A stretch of DNA of 63,772 bases, the filler included, from Octopus bimaculoides (lineage: Eukaryota), in NCBI RefSeq assembly GCF_001194135.2. It is 5 parts of 5 records of this genome, joined end to end, with 100 filler letters (N's around TTAATTAATTAA, not from the genome) between each part and the next. Parts side by side here need not be neighbours in the genome. Positions count along the whole stretch, not along the records: positions 1 to 30,346 come from NC_068984.1; 4 more parts are not named here. One strand, 5' to 3'. Shown here piece by piece: positions 1 to 13,509 of this stretch (the stretch's first letter is position 1; each line of letters begins with the position of its first letter). The notes under the pieces were generated by a model. That model searched no databases, was not told the origin of the DNA, and saw only the letters and a program-made list of their open reading frames with translations. A program made the position numbers and the translations under genes.

Positions 1-993
1 ACTCATTTCTACAGCTGAGTGAACTGGAGCAACATGAAATAAAGTATCTTGCTCAAGAACACAACACACAACCTGGTCCGGGAATAGAACTCACAACCTC
101 AAAATCGTAAGCTCGACGCTCTAACCACCGAGCCATATGCCTTCACACACACACACACACACACACATATATACACACACACACATACATACATACATAC
201 ATTGCTACACCACATGTTACTGTGTATATAGAATGGGTAAAAATACATCAGAAAGGTGTTTAACAGAAACAAACAATCAGTGTTCAGACCAGATATTTTG
301 GATGCAAAACATCCAATATTAAATGAAAAGAGATGGAATCGAAGTAAACAAAAGATGGCTATAGGCAATGTGTCTGTTGAAATAATGAAAGTATAGAATA
401 AAAGATGCACAGGCAGTTGTTAATGGCATCAAAACATTTACAAAACAGTATAAATACTATTAAGCAGAAAAAAAACAGGAAAATCAGGAAAGCGGCAGCT
501 CATAGTGGTTCTTCAAGAGAACAGGAGGGCAATATCCTGAAAGTTCATACTCTGACACCAGAGACAAAAGAGAAGAGGATCCGAGTAATTCTTTGTAATA
601 GTTCTACATCGGTAGATATATGGAGAGTTCATACTCTAACCTCACAGATAACTGAGAGGAAAATATAGGTATTGCTTAACATCTGTTTCTGGGGTTTGGT
701 GACCATTTGGCACAGTATTGTGCATTATGTCTATCTATACATGAAGTAAATTGGTGTTAGGAAACGTTGACAGAGTCAACAACTATTGAAAAGGTTGCAA
801 GACACAACGAAAATTTTAGAAAAATAAATACGTAAATGAGTGGAAATTTTACCAGTGAGTGTGCTAAATTATAAGTCACCAAAAGAAAATGACTCTCCCC
901 AGACACAACAGAATATGCTTCAACACATGAACTCACATAAAGAATCTTGCAAACCAAATCCAAAAACGAAATACATATACACACATATGTATA

Positions 994-1077
<84 letters not shown>

Positions 1078-1153
1078 CATATGTGTATATATATGCATAT
1101 ACACATATTTGTATATATATATATATGTACGTGTCAATTCTTTCACACCTATA

Positions 1154-1285
1154 CAGGGTGATTCAAAAGTCACCATACATGAGAACAATTTAATTTTTTA
1201 TATAAAAAAGCAGTTTTTTTTATTTAACTGTTTCTTATAAAAAAAAAAAATTTTTCCTATGTATGGTAACTTTTGAATCACCCTG
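1154..1285. mobile_element. 132-bp Tc1/mariner-type MITE
   Basis: TIR CAGGGTGATTCAAAAGTCACCATACAT / ATGTATGGTAACTTTTGAATCACCCTG (one mismatch), TA on both sides. Confidence 0.9.
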
Positions 1286-2816
1286 TATATAATATATATA
1301 TGTATATATATATGCATATATATTTAAATATATGTGTATATATATATATATTTATATGCGCAACGTGTCACGCAATGAGATTGAACTCGGAGCCATGTGG
1401 TTGAGTAGCAAACTTCTTACCACAAAGCCAGGCCTCTGATTATACACATATCGCATGTACCTATTACTGTTGCTGCCCCGAACAGGTATTTATCTGTGGC
1501 CCTCTTTCTGTTTCCTTAAGTGGGTGGGTAGCTCTGTTAGTTATGAAAGATGTTGGCCATGGTGGTGGAACTGGGGTAGCAGTGTATGGTTACAATAGTG
1601 ATGGCCGTTGTTGTTGTTGTTGTTGTGGTGGTGGTGGTGGTGGTGGTGGTGTGTGGATGTGCTTGGAGAAGTTTGTAAGAATCACAGCAGTGAAAGCGTA
1701 TAAAGAGCGAAAGAGCAGAACTGAAACGGAGAGGGTTGCTGCCATAGAGTAATGTGACTTTGGTGGGCATTGTTCATGGAATGTAAACGATGCGATGCAT
1801 AAAAGATATACCTAACTAGAGCTGAAGGTGTGGGTGTGTGTGTGTATGTGAATAGAGGTTAAAAGTAGGTGTACAGATATATGTGTGTGTGGGTGGGTGT
1901 GTTTGTGTAGGCATGAAAGCATGTGTGTGGGCGTGTGTGTTTGTGTAAGCCTGTGTATGTATGCGTGTGTGTATGTATGTATGTATGCATGTATGCATGT
2001 ATGTATGTATGTATGTATGCATGTATGTATGTATGTATGCATGTATATATGTATGTATGTATGTATGTATGCATGTATGTATGTATGCATGTATGTATGT
2101 ATGCATGTATGTATGTATGTATGTATGTGTGTACATATATATGTATAAATGGGTGAGTATATGGCGTAGGTAAGTATATTTATATTTGTGTGTGTGTGTG
2201 TGTGTGTGTGTATATTTGTATACACGCATAACACACACACACACACATAATTATTCCTAGATATATACAATATTGTGACACTCTCTCAGTTACGATGACG
2301 AGGGTTCCAGTCGATCCAATCAATGAAACAGTCTGCTCTTGAAATTAACGTGCAAGTGGTTGAGCACTCCACAGACACATGTGTACCTTTAACGTAATTC
2401 TCAGGGAGATTCAGCGTGACACTGTGTGACAAGGCTGACACTTTGAATATATATATATATATATATATATAGTCCAATATATGAATTTATGAATTGAAAT
2501 TTTAATTAAATCTTGACAATTGCAATGGATGTGGCTGGTGGTGGTGATGATGATGTGGTGGTGGTGGTGGTGGAGATAGTGGAAATAATGTTTAATGATT
2601 GCATCTAAAGAGGTCTAAACAGGATTCAACCATGGAGAAAACTTTCCTCCGCTCACTAACGTATTACCTATAAAAAGGAAAAAAACCCACACAAAACAGT
2701 TCCCATTCAAACAAAACATTAACGTAGTAACATCTTGCTTTAGGCTTTTATTTCTTAAGCACATTCACCACAAAACTCATTTTAAAAACACAAAGAAATA
2801 CATACATGTGTGTGTC

Positions 2817-2862
<46 letters not shown>

Positions 2863-5094
2863 NNNNNNNNNNNNNNNNNNNNNNNNNNNNNNNNNNNNNN
2901 NNNNNNNNNNNNNNNNNNNNNNNNNNNNNNNNNNNNNNNNNNNNNNNNNNNNNNNNNNNNNNNNNNNNNNNNNNNNNNNNNNNNNNNNNNNNNNNNNNNN
3001 NNNNNNNNNNNNNNNNNNNNNNNNNNNNNNNNNNNNNNNNNNNNNNNNNNNNNNNNNNNNNNNNNNNNNNNNNNNNNNNNNNNNNNNNNNNNNNNNNNNN
3101 NNNNNNNNNNNNNNNNNNNNNNNNNNNNNNNNNNNNNNNNNNNNNNNNNNNNNNNNNNNNNNNNNNNNNNNNNNNNNNNNNNNNNNNNNNNNNNNNNNNN
3201 NNNNNNNNNNNNNNNNNNNNNNNNNNNNNNNNNNNNNNNNNNNNNNNNNNNNNNNNNNNNNNNNNNNNNNNNNNNNNNNNNNNNNNNNNNNNNNNNNNNN
3301 NNNNNNNNNNNNNNNNNNNNNNNNNNNNNNNNNNNNNNNNNNNNNNNNNNNNNNNNNNNNNNNNNNNNNNNNNNNNNNNNNNNNNNNNNNNNNNNNNNNN
3401 NNNNNNNNNNNNNNNNNNNNNNNNNNNNNNNNNNNNNNNNNNNNNNNNNNNNNNNNNNNNNNNNNNNNNNNNNNNNNNNNNNNNNNNNNNNNNNNNNNNN
3501 NNNNNNNNNNNNNNNNNNNNNNNNNNNNNNNNNNNNNNNNNNNNNNNNNNNNNNNNNNNNNNNNNNNNNNNNNNNNNNNNNNNNNNNNNNNNNNNNNNNN
3601 NNNNNNNNNNNNNNNNNNNNNNNNNNNNNNNNNNNNNNNNNNNNNNNNNNNNNNNNNNNNNNNNNNNNNNNNNNNNNACACATATATATATACATATATA
3701 TACATATATACATACATATATATACATATATGTATATACATTTACATGTATATATTCATACATGTATATATACATACACATATATATATACATATATATA
3801 CATATATACATACATATATATACATATATGTATATACATTTACATGTATATATTCATACATGTATATATACATACATATATATATACATACATATATATA
3901 TACATACATATATATACATATACATATATATATATATACGCATATATATATATACATATATATATACTATACATATATGTATATTTTATATATATATATG
4001 CGTGTGTGTGTGTGTTATATATATTATATATGTGTGTCTATTTATGTGTGTGTGTATATGTAATATATGTCCATTGCTGTATTTCATAAAAATGTATTTA
4101 TCAGATAGGAAGGAAGATATCAGTACAAGATACACACAAAAAAAACCCAAGTCGTTCTAGTCGACTCGCCCACACCACCACCACCACCACCACCACAACA
4201 GCTTGTGATCTAATTTCCAGGAGAGTTTGCCAAAGAAAGAATCTACGAAATTCTGTAAGAGGGAAACATTTACGACCATTTTAAACATGGAACTCAAACC
4301 AAGCATCTGCAAAAACAAGTCGTAGATATTTTCATTTCAGTGACTTTACGTGATCCATGATAGATTTAAACATTTCGCAGGACAGATGTTGAGGGTTACT
4401 TCTTATGCGAGTCTGTCTTTGTATACGTATTTGTATGTATGNNNNNNNNNNNNNNNNNNNNNNNNNNNNNNNNNNNNNNNNNNNNNNNNNNNNNNNNNNN
4501 NNNNNNNNNNNNNNNNNNNNNNNNNNNNNNNNNNNNNNNNNNNNNNNNNNNNNNNNNNNNNNNNNNNNNNNNNNNNNNNNNNNNNNNNNNNNNNNNNNNN
4601 NNNNNNNNNNNNNNNNNNNNNNNNNNNNNNNNNNNNNNNNNNNNNNNNNNNNNNNNNNNNNNNNNNNNNNNNNNNNNNNNNNNNNNNNNNNNNNNNNNNN
4701 NNNNNNNNNNNNNNNNNNNNNNNNNNNNNNNNNNNNNNNNNNNNNNNNNNNNNNNNNNNNNNNNNNNNNNNNNNNNNNNNNNNNNNNNNNNNNNNNNGCT
4801 AGAATAAGTACTAGGCTTCCAAAGAATAAGTCCTGGGGTCGATTTGCTCGACTAAAGGCGGTGCTCCAGCATGGCCAGTCAAAAGACTGAAACAAGTAAA
4901 AAAAAAAAGGCTGGCCCCTTTGTAATTACAGGTACAGTTCATTTCTGCCAGCTGAGTGGACTGGAGTAACATGAAGTAAAGTCACTAGGAATCAAACTAA
5001 CGACTGTTAGGTCATGAGTTGAACGCCCTAACCACTTAGCTATACACACAGACACACCCATGTATAATTTGTGGCCTAATGTATTAATTCGCAG

Positions 5095-5294
5095 ATGTAA
5101 ATCCTCGTCTATTTGTTGATTTGTGTACTTGGCTTTTGAAAATTTCCATTTTGCTCACTGAGCTGGTTCCAGTCACAATGGCCAGAAATTTGTTCAATAT
5201 GTTAACTACGAAGAATGAAAAGTCCATTTGTTTGGTTTTGGCATCAGGCATTGACAGAGTCTGTAACAGATACCAGACTACAGTGTTTGTATAA
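5095..5294 (+). CDS. Possible exon (D)VNPRLFVDLCTWLLKISILLTELVPVTMARNLFNMLTTKNEKSICLVLASGIDR...; product unknown
   Basis: Acceptor attaattcgcag, about 65 codons open in phase 1, non-repetitive and helical-looking. No convincing donor. Confidence 0.25.
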
Positions 5295-5880
5295 CATCAT
5301 CAATGGTTGCAGTGGCAGCATTGATCAGAATTGTAGTTCTTGTGACGCATTTTAAAACAAATGTTATTGTTTCGGTTGTTCTTGTCTGGCAAATAATTGG
5401 TTTTGGCATTATTTGTTGATACTGAAGCCTTTCCTCTCTTGCAGAGAAACTATAGAAATGGTGTGAAATGGAACCTGAAACCACATGGTCCCATGTTCCA
5501 TCCCACAGCATGGTACTTTTGAGCAAGTGACTTCTACTACAACATTGACTGCAGCCATGCTGGAGCACTGCTTTTAGTTGAACAAATCAACCCCAGGATT
5601 TATTCTTTGTAAGCCTAGTATTTATTCTATCAGTCTCTTTTGCTGAACAGCTAAGCTACAGGGGATGTAATCACATCAACATTAGTTGGCTCACCAATGC
5701 CTTGTGAATGAAATTGGTTGATGGCAATGGAAGTTTGGAGTGTGTGTGTGTTGAACTGTTAATCACTACACATTTTTTTTCTCTCCATTTTTTTCCCCCT
5801 CTAAATCCTTTCTGTTGAAGAGCACAGGCTCGAAACGTCAAAGACCTGCCTTCATCTTTTGTTTTCAGCAAATTTGGACT

Positions 5881-5919
<39 letters not shown>

Positions 5920-6051
5920 GGGNNNNNNNNNNNNNNNNNNNNNNNNNNNNNNNNNNNNNNNNNNNNNNNNNNNNNNNNNNNNNNNNNNNNNNNNNNNNNN
6001 NNNNNNNNNNNNNNNNNNNNNNNNNNNNNNNNNNNNNNNNGGGGGAGAGGG

Positions 6052-6094
<43 letters not shown>

Positions 6095-6204
6095 TCTGTG
6101 AATGTTTATATTTTGTACTTAACCCAAAAGCATTTGCTAACATCTGTTGATCTTCCAAGTTAAAAAAAAGTCTATTTTTTAAAAGACAAGTAGAACATAA
6201 AATA

Positions 6205-6391
6205 CATTATTTACATTATTTACATTTGATGGATATTTGTCCTCATCTTGTTCTAAATTTCCCCCAAGACACCTGAAGAAGGCTGGAGGGTATATCAGCC
6301 GAAACGTTGTATTAATAACAAACAAGATGAGGACAAATATCCGTCAAATGTAAATAATGTAAATAATTCCACATCTCTTAAATATAAAACT
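6205..6391 (+). mobile_element. About 187-bp Penelope-like mini element with inverted arm and hammerhead
   Basis: 46-bp inverted repeat (6208-6253 and 6321-6366), 15-bp TSD gtagaacataaaata (6190-6204 and 6392-6406). A related 5'-truncated copy lies at about 58075-58175. Confidence 0.8.
6268..6313 (+). ncRNA. Minimal type-I hammerhead ribozyme motif
   Basis: GACAC-CTGAAGA-A-GGCTG-gagggtatat-CAGCC-GAAA-CGTT-GTATT. 5-bp stem II, AACGTT palindrome; the copy at 58089 has GTGTT, which restores stem I. Confidence 0.7.
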
Positions 6392-7663
6392 GTAGAACAT
6401 AAAATATTATTTAAAAACCAGTTAAGAGCTAATAAGTGTCAGGGCATCTAGGAGCAGAAAAATAGTGTGTATCGCTCCTTAAAAATATGTATTATTTTGA
6501 CCCTTGCTAACATGGAAAACCAGTTGTAAAATGAATGAAGAAATGGCATGTATCCCAGATGTGTTGAGCAAAAGGTAAGCAGGCTGGTTTGCGCTCATGA
6601 AATACAATGAGCAAAGTGACAGATCAACAGGTAGACAGACCGTGACAAGTAGAACGAGTAAATATAGACAGATCTATTTGAGATACCTATACACCAGCAA
6701 CAATATCAACAACATCAATAGTAAATAGATAAAAGCATGTATGAGAAGATTAACAATAATCTCAATGGAAATAGATTATTCCATTTGGGATCTAAAAGTC
6801 TTAAATACATTGATTTAGCAACGGTGGTAGAGTTAGCTAGTTTGTTACTATAGCAACAAAATCAGATGAACCTCATCAGTCACAACAACAACAACAGTAC
6901 CAATAACAACAACAATGGTTTACTATCTTTAAAAAAATGAACAAAACATGTATAAGATGATCGTGGCTTGGGTACTTTTGATCAAGGTTGAATCGGGGCT
7001 AAATTACAATATTGTGGTGATAAACAACAAACCATAACATTATGATCCAATAATCAAAATACAAGGGAACCACAAACATTTACAACAACAACAACAACAA
7101 TAAATGAGTTTCCACTAATTAGGGATCCCCCCCCATGAGACAAGTTAAGAAGGGAACTCCCACATAGGCCAAATGAGCCTCTCTTGAGCTAGAGAAAGAG
7201 AGAGCTTTGATGAGTCAATGAGCCAGGGCTTTAGGAGTTAAGAAGCTAATGAAAGAACCTCTATGAGCCAACACGGGAACTTCTATATGGTTGCTGGAAC
7301 TAGCAGAATCCATCTACCAATTTTAATCATGAAGAATTGGTTGACATCATAATCATGAAATGGTGTCATCATCATCACCATTGTCGTCGTCGTTTAATGT
7401 TCACCTTCCATGCTAGCATGGGTGGGATGGTTTCACAAGAGTCGGCCAGGCAGAAGCCTGCACCAGACTTCTGTGACTGTTTTGGCAGGATTTTTACAGC
7501 TGGATGCTCTTCCTATCACCAACAACTCAGCAAAGTGGACTTGGTGCTTTTTATGTGGCACAAGGGCAGGTGAGGTCAGTTTTGGCAAGGTTTTTACAGC
7601 TGGATGCCCTTCTAAACACCAACCACTCTACAGTGTGGACTGGGTGTGAAACCAACATATCTG

Positions 7664-7697
<34 letters not shown>

Positions 7698-7807
7698 TGT
7701 TGTAAATGGAGTGAAAAGAGTAAAGTGAAAGAGGATAAAATGAAAAGGCAGCGAGTTGGCAGAATCATGAGCACACCGGGCGAAATGCTAAGCGGTATTT
7801 CATCTGT

Positions 7808-8256
7808 AGTAAAGATTGTCTGCCAATATAACATGACAGTCCTGGTTTAGGATGAATGTTGCTGTAATTTAGCCTTGGGAGACATCGTTTCCAGCTGGCT
7901 ATACGACACGATCTGTGTCCTTATATTTTCAAATAAGGGAATCTAGCAACCCCACTCAGCTCAAAACAATATCTGTGTATTGCGATTTCTGTGCTGATGA
8001 AGAGAAATAACCCAGAAATTGCAATATACAGATATTGTTTTGAGCTGAGTGGGGGTGCTAGATTCCCTTGTTTGAAAATATAAGGACACAGATCATGTCA
8101 TATAGCCAGCTGGAGACGATGTCTCCTGGGGCTAAATTACAGCAACATTCGTCCCAGACTGGGACCGCCATGTTATGTTGGCAAACGATCTTTACTACAA
8201 AGTACTGTTGCTGAGTATCTCTCTCATTGTGAGATTTAAAAATAGTAATTTTCTAA
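7808..8256 (+). mobile_element. Non-coding Penelope-like foldback element inserted in a SINE
   Basis: About 185-bp inverted arms (7808-7991 and 8013-8196), hammerhead motif at the apex, 14-bp TSD ggtatttc(a/g)tctgt at 7794-7807 and 8257-8270; the SINE resumes on both sides. Confidence 0.8.
7989..8031 (+). ncRNA. Minimal type-I hammerhead ribozyme motif (stem II partly mismatched)
   Basis: CTGTG-CTGATGA-A-GAG-aaataa-CCC-A-GAAA-TTGCAAT-A-TACAG. Stem I CTGTG/TACAG, palindromic ATTGCAAT, AUA triplet. Confidence 0.6.
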
Positions 8257-8484
8257 GGTATTTCGTCTGTCTTTATGTTCTGAGTTCAAATTCCGCCAAG
8301 GTTGACTTTGCCATTCATCCTTTCGGACGGGCTTCTTTCAGTTTCTGTCGGCCAAATCCACTCAGAAGGCTTTGGTCAGCCTGAGGCTATAGTAGAAGAC
8401 ATTTACCCAAGGGGCCACGTAGTGGGACTGAACTCAGAACCAAGTGGTCAAGAAGCAAGCTTCTTACCACACAGCCACACCTGC

Positions 8485-8519
<35 letters not shown>

Positions 8520-8974
8520 TGCACATGTGCACAGACACATATATAGTCATATATGTTAATACTTAGTTATGATAACAAGATGCAATGATGTTCATGTCGT
8601 TTCAATGAATGACATGTATGAAGAGAACTAAATACAGAAATGGTTGGTAACATTTCATCTTTGTTCCTTGCCTTGAGTTACACGCACACACACACACACA
8701 CACACTTGAATATCTGTACCCCAGCATGGCCACAACTAATTATCTGGAACCAGTAAAAGAGAAAAAAATACAGAGTTGGGGGGGTGCAGAGGGGAGCAGC
8801 TTCTACCTGGATGAGAATCAGACTGGCTAATCACTTATTGTACCGTTTACTGCTAAGAACATAACCAGTGCAACTTCCAGATAATTCATTCCATGACTTT
8901 GCCAAAGTGTGAAGTCAGAGAGAACAGTCTGTAAATTCTAGCATTTGTTCTTTTCTTCTCTAATGGAAAAATCA

Positions 8975-9835
8975 TGTGGAGAACAACCATGCTACATGGC
9001 AGTGAAACATGGGCTGTAACTGCTGAGGANNNNNNNNNNNNNNNNNNNNNNNNNNNNNNNNNNNNNNNNNNNNNNNNNNNNNNNNNNNNNNNNNNNNNNN
9101 NNNNNNNNNNNNNNNNNNNNNNNNNNNNNNNNNNNNNNNNNNNNNNNNNNNNNNNNNNNNNNNNNNNNNNNNNNNNNNNNNNNNNNNNNNNNNNNNNNNN
9201 NNNNNNNNNNNNNNNNNNNNNNNNNNNNNNNNNNNNNNNNNNNNNNNNNNNNNNNNNNNNNNNNNNNNNNNNNNNNNNNNNNNNNNNNNNNNNNNNNNNN
9301 NNNNNNNNNNNNNNNNNNNNNNNNNNNNNNNNNNNNNNNNNNNNNNNNNNNNNNNNNNNNNNNNNNNNNNNNNNNNNNNNNNNNNNNNNNNNNNNNNNNN
9401 NNNNNNNNNNNNNNNNNNNNNNNNNNNNNNNNNNNNNNNNNNNNNNNNNNNNNNNNNNNNNNNNNNNNNNNNNNNNNNNNNNNNNNNNNNNNNNNNNNNN
9501 NNNNNNNNNNNNNNNNNNNNNNNNNNNNNNNNNNNNNNNNNNNNNNNNNNNNNNNNNNNNNNNNNNNNNNNNNNNNNNNNNNNNNNNNNNNNNNNNNNNN
9601 NNNNNNNNNNNNNNNNNNNNNNNNNNNNNNNNNNNNNNNNNNNNNNNNNNNNNNNNNNNNNNNNNNNNNNNNNNNNNNNNNNNNNNNNNNNNNNNNNNNN
9701 NNNNNNNNNNNNNNNNNNNNNNNNNNNNNNNNNNNNNNNNNNNNNNNNNNNNNNNNNNNNNNNNNNNNNNNNNNNNNNNNNNNNNNNTAGCATGGAAAGC
9801 AGACGTTAAACGATGATGATGATGATGATGATGAT
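8975..9835 (+). mobile_element. RTE-clade LINE 3' fragment spanning an N gap
   Basis: RTTMLHGSETWAVTAE before the gap; catggaaagcagacgttaaac(gat)n tail after it. Confidence 0.65.
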
Positions 9836-12800
9836 TCTTTGAAGTTTTGGGGGAACATACACCGTTTCTAAAGAAGCTTTGGAAATGTAATTGAAGTTGT
9901 TCTTGTTGTTGTTGTATTTATCCACAGGTCAACCTTGATCAAGCGGACTTTTGATCAAAGACATAAGTCTATCCATATTTTTCCAGGGTGCGTGTAACAG
10001 TGTTATAGCATGGATTTTGGCTGCCCTGTGAAGTAGCTAAATTGAGCGCCCCACCCCTCCTTAAATGTATCATACCTCAGACTACAGCAAACACACATAC
10101 ACATATATAAAGTAGTTGCTTTGTATGGTACACACACCATGTATATTCCACAGTACACCACTGACAGGGAACCCATGAACACAATATGTGTGTCTCAATG
10201 AGCAAGATTTTAAGCATGGATTTCTTTCTTCTTTTCTTTCCTTCTTTCTTTCTTTATTTCTTTCTTTCAATGCTGTCTGGTTTTTGAAGGAATCTTTTAG
10301 TTTTCTCTGGCACCACATAAAGAAAAAAAGCACCCATGCTAGCACCATTTGAAGAGAAATCATATGGGTGATATGTAAAAAAAAAAGCACTCAATACGCT
10401 CTCCAAAGTGGTTGGCATTAGGAGGGGCATCCAACCATAGAAACCATGCCAAAACAGATGACTGGAGCCTAGTGTAACCCTCCAGTTTGCCAGTTCCTGT
10501 CATACCATCCAACCCATGGCAGCAAGGAAAACTGATGTTAAACGACAACGCTGCCGCCACTGATGGTGACAACAACGATAACAATGAAAATGCCGATGAT
10601 GTCTGTGAGGGAAATTCTTAATTTTTATTTTTCATTTTTTAGACACTAGTTTTTCTATTTCATTGACTTGAGACATCTGTCCTTCATCTCATGGGAATTT
10701 TTCCGTCTTTGGTAACAATATTTTCACGGTTAATTTTCTTCTTCCTTGCAGTGACATATTTCATATTAACATAAACTTCTATCGATTAACAGAATTGATT
10801 CTGCCTGATGTCATTTGCTCAACAAAGACAAATTCTAATCTAATTCAGTTTGTCTTTTATTTCGATCGATTTGTAAAATCAGCCGTGTGGAACACACAGC
10901 TTGGACAGATAAGTCAGTGCTTATCGCGGAGTGTCGAGGAATGAGCTGGTGGTTAGGTCGTTTAGTGCATGATCACAGGACCATGGGTTCACTTCCTGAA
11001 CAGGGTGTTGGATTGTGTCCTTGAGCAAGGCACTTCATTCCACATTGCTCCAATCTACTCAGCAGTAAATGATAATCAGCTAGTCGCTGGGGCAGAATTC
11101 TCTCTCTCTTTCTCTCCCTGACTGCCTCTCTTTCTCTCTCCCTGACTGCCTCTCTTTCTCTCTTGCTGCCTCTCTCTCTCTCTCTCTCTCTCCCTCTCTC
11201 TCTCTCTCTCTCCAGCAGTCACACCCTGGATGTCCCACTGGATCAAGGGGGAAGAGGCAAGAGAGTCTATGCCTACCTAGGACTACAGAGGCACTGAAAA
11301 CAATTAACAAAAGCATGGAATATGCTATCAAGCCATACTTGCAAGTGACAGCTGGTTGTACTGAGTAGTGGTGGTAGTAGTAGTAGCAGCAGCAGCAGCA
11401 GCAGCAGTAGTAGCAGCCCCCCCCCTCACTCCTTCACATTGTGGGTGAGTCTTTACATTATTTACAAAGAAGAGAACTGGTGAATTATTTTCTCTGCATG
11501 GATAAGACTTCTTAGTTGTCCCATTAGCAATACAAAAGAAGTGGAGTCATAAAAAAATTTCTACGGATCTCTGGTTCTACAGTTCATTCCTCACCTGGTT
11601 TCCTATGCCAGCATGGATCGGATAAATACACGTAGCACAGGTGATGGCACAACATAAAATGTTTTGGTGATGGTGCCATGTAAAAAAAACTGGTGCTAGT
11701 TCCCCATGAAAAGCACCCAGTACACTCTGTAATGTAGTTAGCATTAGGAAGGGCATCCAGCTGCAGAAATCAAGCCAAAAACAGACTATGGAACCCGGTG
11801 TGGCTCCTGGCCTTGCTAGTTCCTGTCAAACGGTCCAACCCATGCCAACATGGAAAACAGATGTTAAATGATAATGATGTTGATGAAGCATTGTTTTAAA
11901 ACAGGACATCCTTCCTGTAACTAATCCCAACCCATTTGTTAAGTAGGGTATTGTTTTGTTATTCTACTTCTTTTGGAAAGTACAGAACTGGAAGGCAATT
12001 TGTTGACAGGGAATGTCCATGTTCCTGTCTGACAGAACCCTGCTACAGGCAACCCAAGGTGCCAGGTGGCGGTTCTAAGCCAGGCAATGGAGAATGTCTA
12101 AACCCCGTAAAGTTGACATCAACAGAATTTGAATTCCGAATGCAAACGATCAGAACAAATACCACAAGGTATTTGTTTTGACCCCCCGCTTACAATTCTA
12201 CCAATTATTGGTCTGGGATTGGTGCTTTTCTTTTTCTTTTATCAACTTAAAAAAGTTGAAGGGCAAAGGTGACATCAGCAGAATTTGAACCCAGCATGCA
12301 GAGATTAAGAGCAGATACTGTGAGGTCTTCCATCCAGCATGCTAATGACAGCGTCAATTGATAGAATTCAGTTTGGGGTCACTGCCATAAATATTCCAGA
12401 CATGGCAGGGTTTGTCTCTTAACCTATTCCTGAAACTTATTAAATAAACACCAATGGTGGTGGTCATGTATGTAGGCAGGAGTAAATCCATGTGGTTGCA
12501 GGCACAGGTTAGAAAGTTTCCTTATGAATCACAAAGTTCAGTCCTATTACACAGCACTTTAGGCCATGGGTCATCAAATACAGCTTTGGGTTAACTCAAG
12601 CCTTGCGATTGAAACTTGGTAGAAGGAAACTGAGTGAAGCCTATTAAATGGACTGTAAATGTGATTGAATGGTAAACTTAATCCACTGCCATCTTGAACA
12701 TCACTCTTTGGCCCTTGGGTTCCTTTAGGGGAGGCCACTATTGGAAAGGATCTGGAGTGGATCACCTAAATGCTGTGTACAATTAACCCTTCTGGTACCA

Positions 12801-13020
12801 ATCTTCTTATGACCATCCAGTGTTCTATGATACAACAAAAATATTCATTTTAAAAACATATTTAAATTGAAACCTTCCCTCACAGTTTTATGTCAGAACA
12901 TTTCGTTATGTTCCAAATATCAGTTTAAAAATCATAGAATTTATTATTTTACTAAATCACTCAAAATTCCTCATTATATTAGAAATAAATTAAGAACATA
13001 TTTAATAAAATGCGAAGGCA

Positions 13021-13477
13021 AGGTAACAAGCTGGCAGAATTGTTAGCACAGCAGACAAAATGCTTTGCAACATTTTGACTGTCTTTCCATTCTAAGTTTA
13101 GATTCTGCCAAGGTTGACTTTGCCTTTTATTTTTTCGGGGTCAATAAATTAAGTACCAGTAAAAAGGCAGTGCGCTGGGAGAATCGTTAGCATGCTGGGC
13201 GAAATGCTTAGTGGTATTTCGTCAGTCTTTATGATCTGAGTTCAAATTCCGCCGAGGTTCACTTTGCCCTTCATTCTTTCAGGGTCGACAAATTAAGCAC
13301 CAGTTGCATACTGGAGTCGATCTAATCGACTGCCCCACCCCCTCCACCAAAATTTTGGGCCTTGTGCCTAGAGTAGAAAAGGATAAATTAAGTACCAGTG
13401 GAACACTGGGGTCGATGTAATCAACAAGTCCCCCTCCCCACAAATTTCAGGCCTTGTGCCTTTAGTAGAAAGGATCA

Positions 13478-13509
<32 letters not shown>

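Noticed and set aside
1812-4160. Long ORFs of YIYI/HTHT/CVCV type and X-filled ORFs throughout the window
   Set aside because: Translations of dinucleotide or tetranucleotide microsatellites and N gaps.
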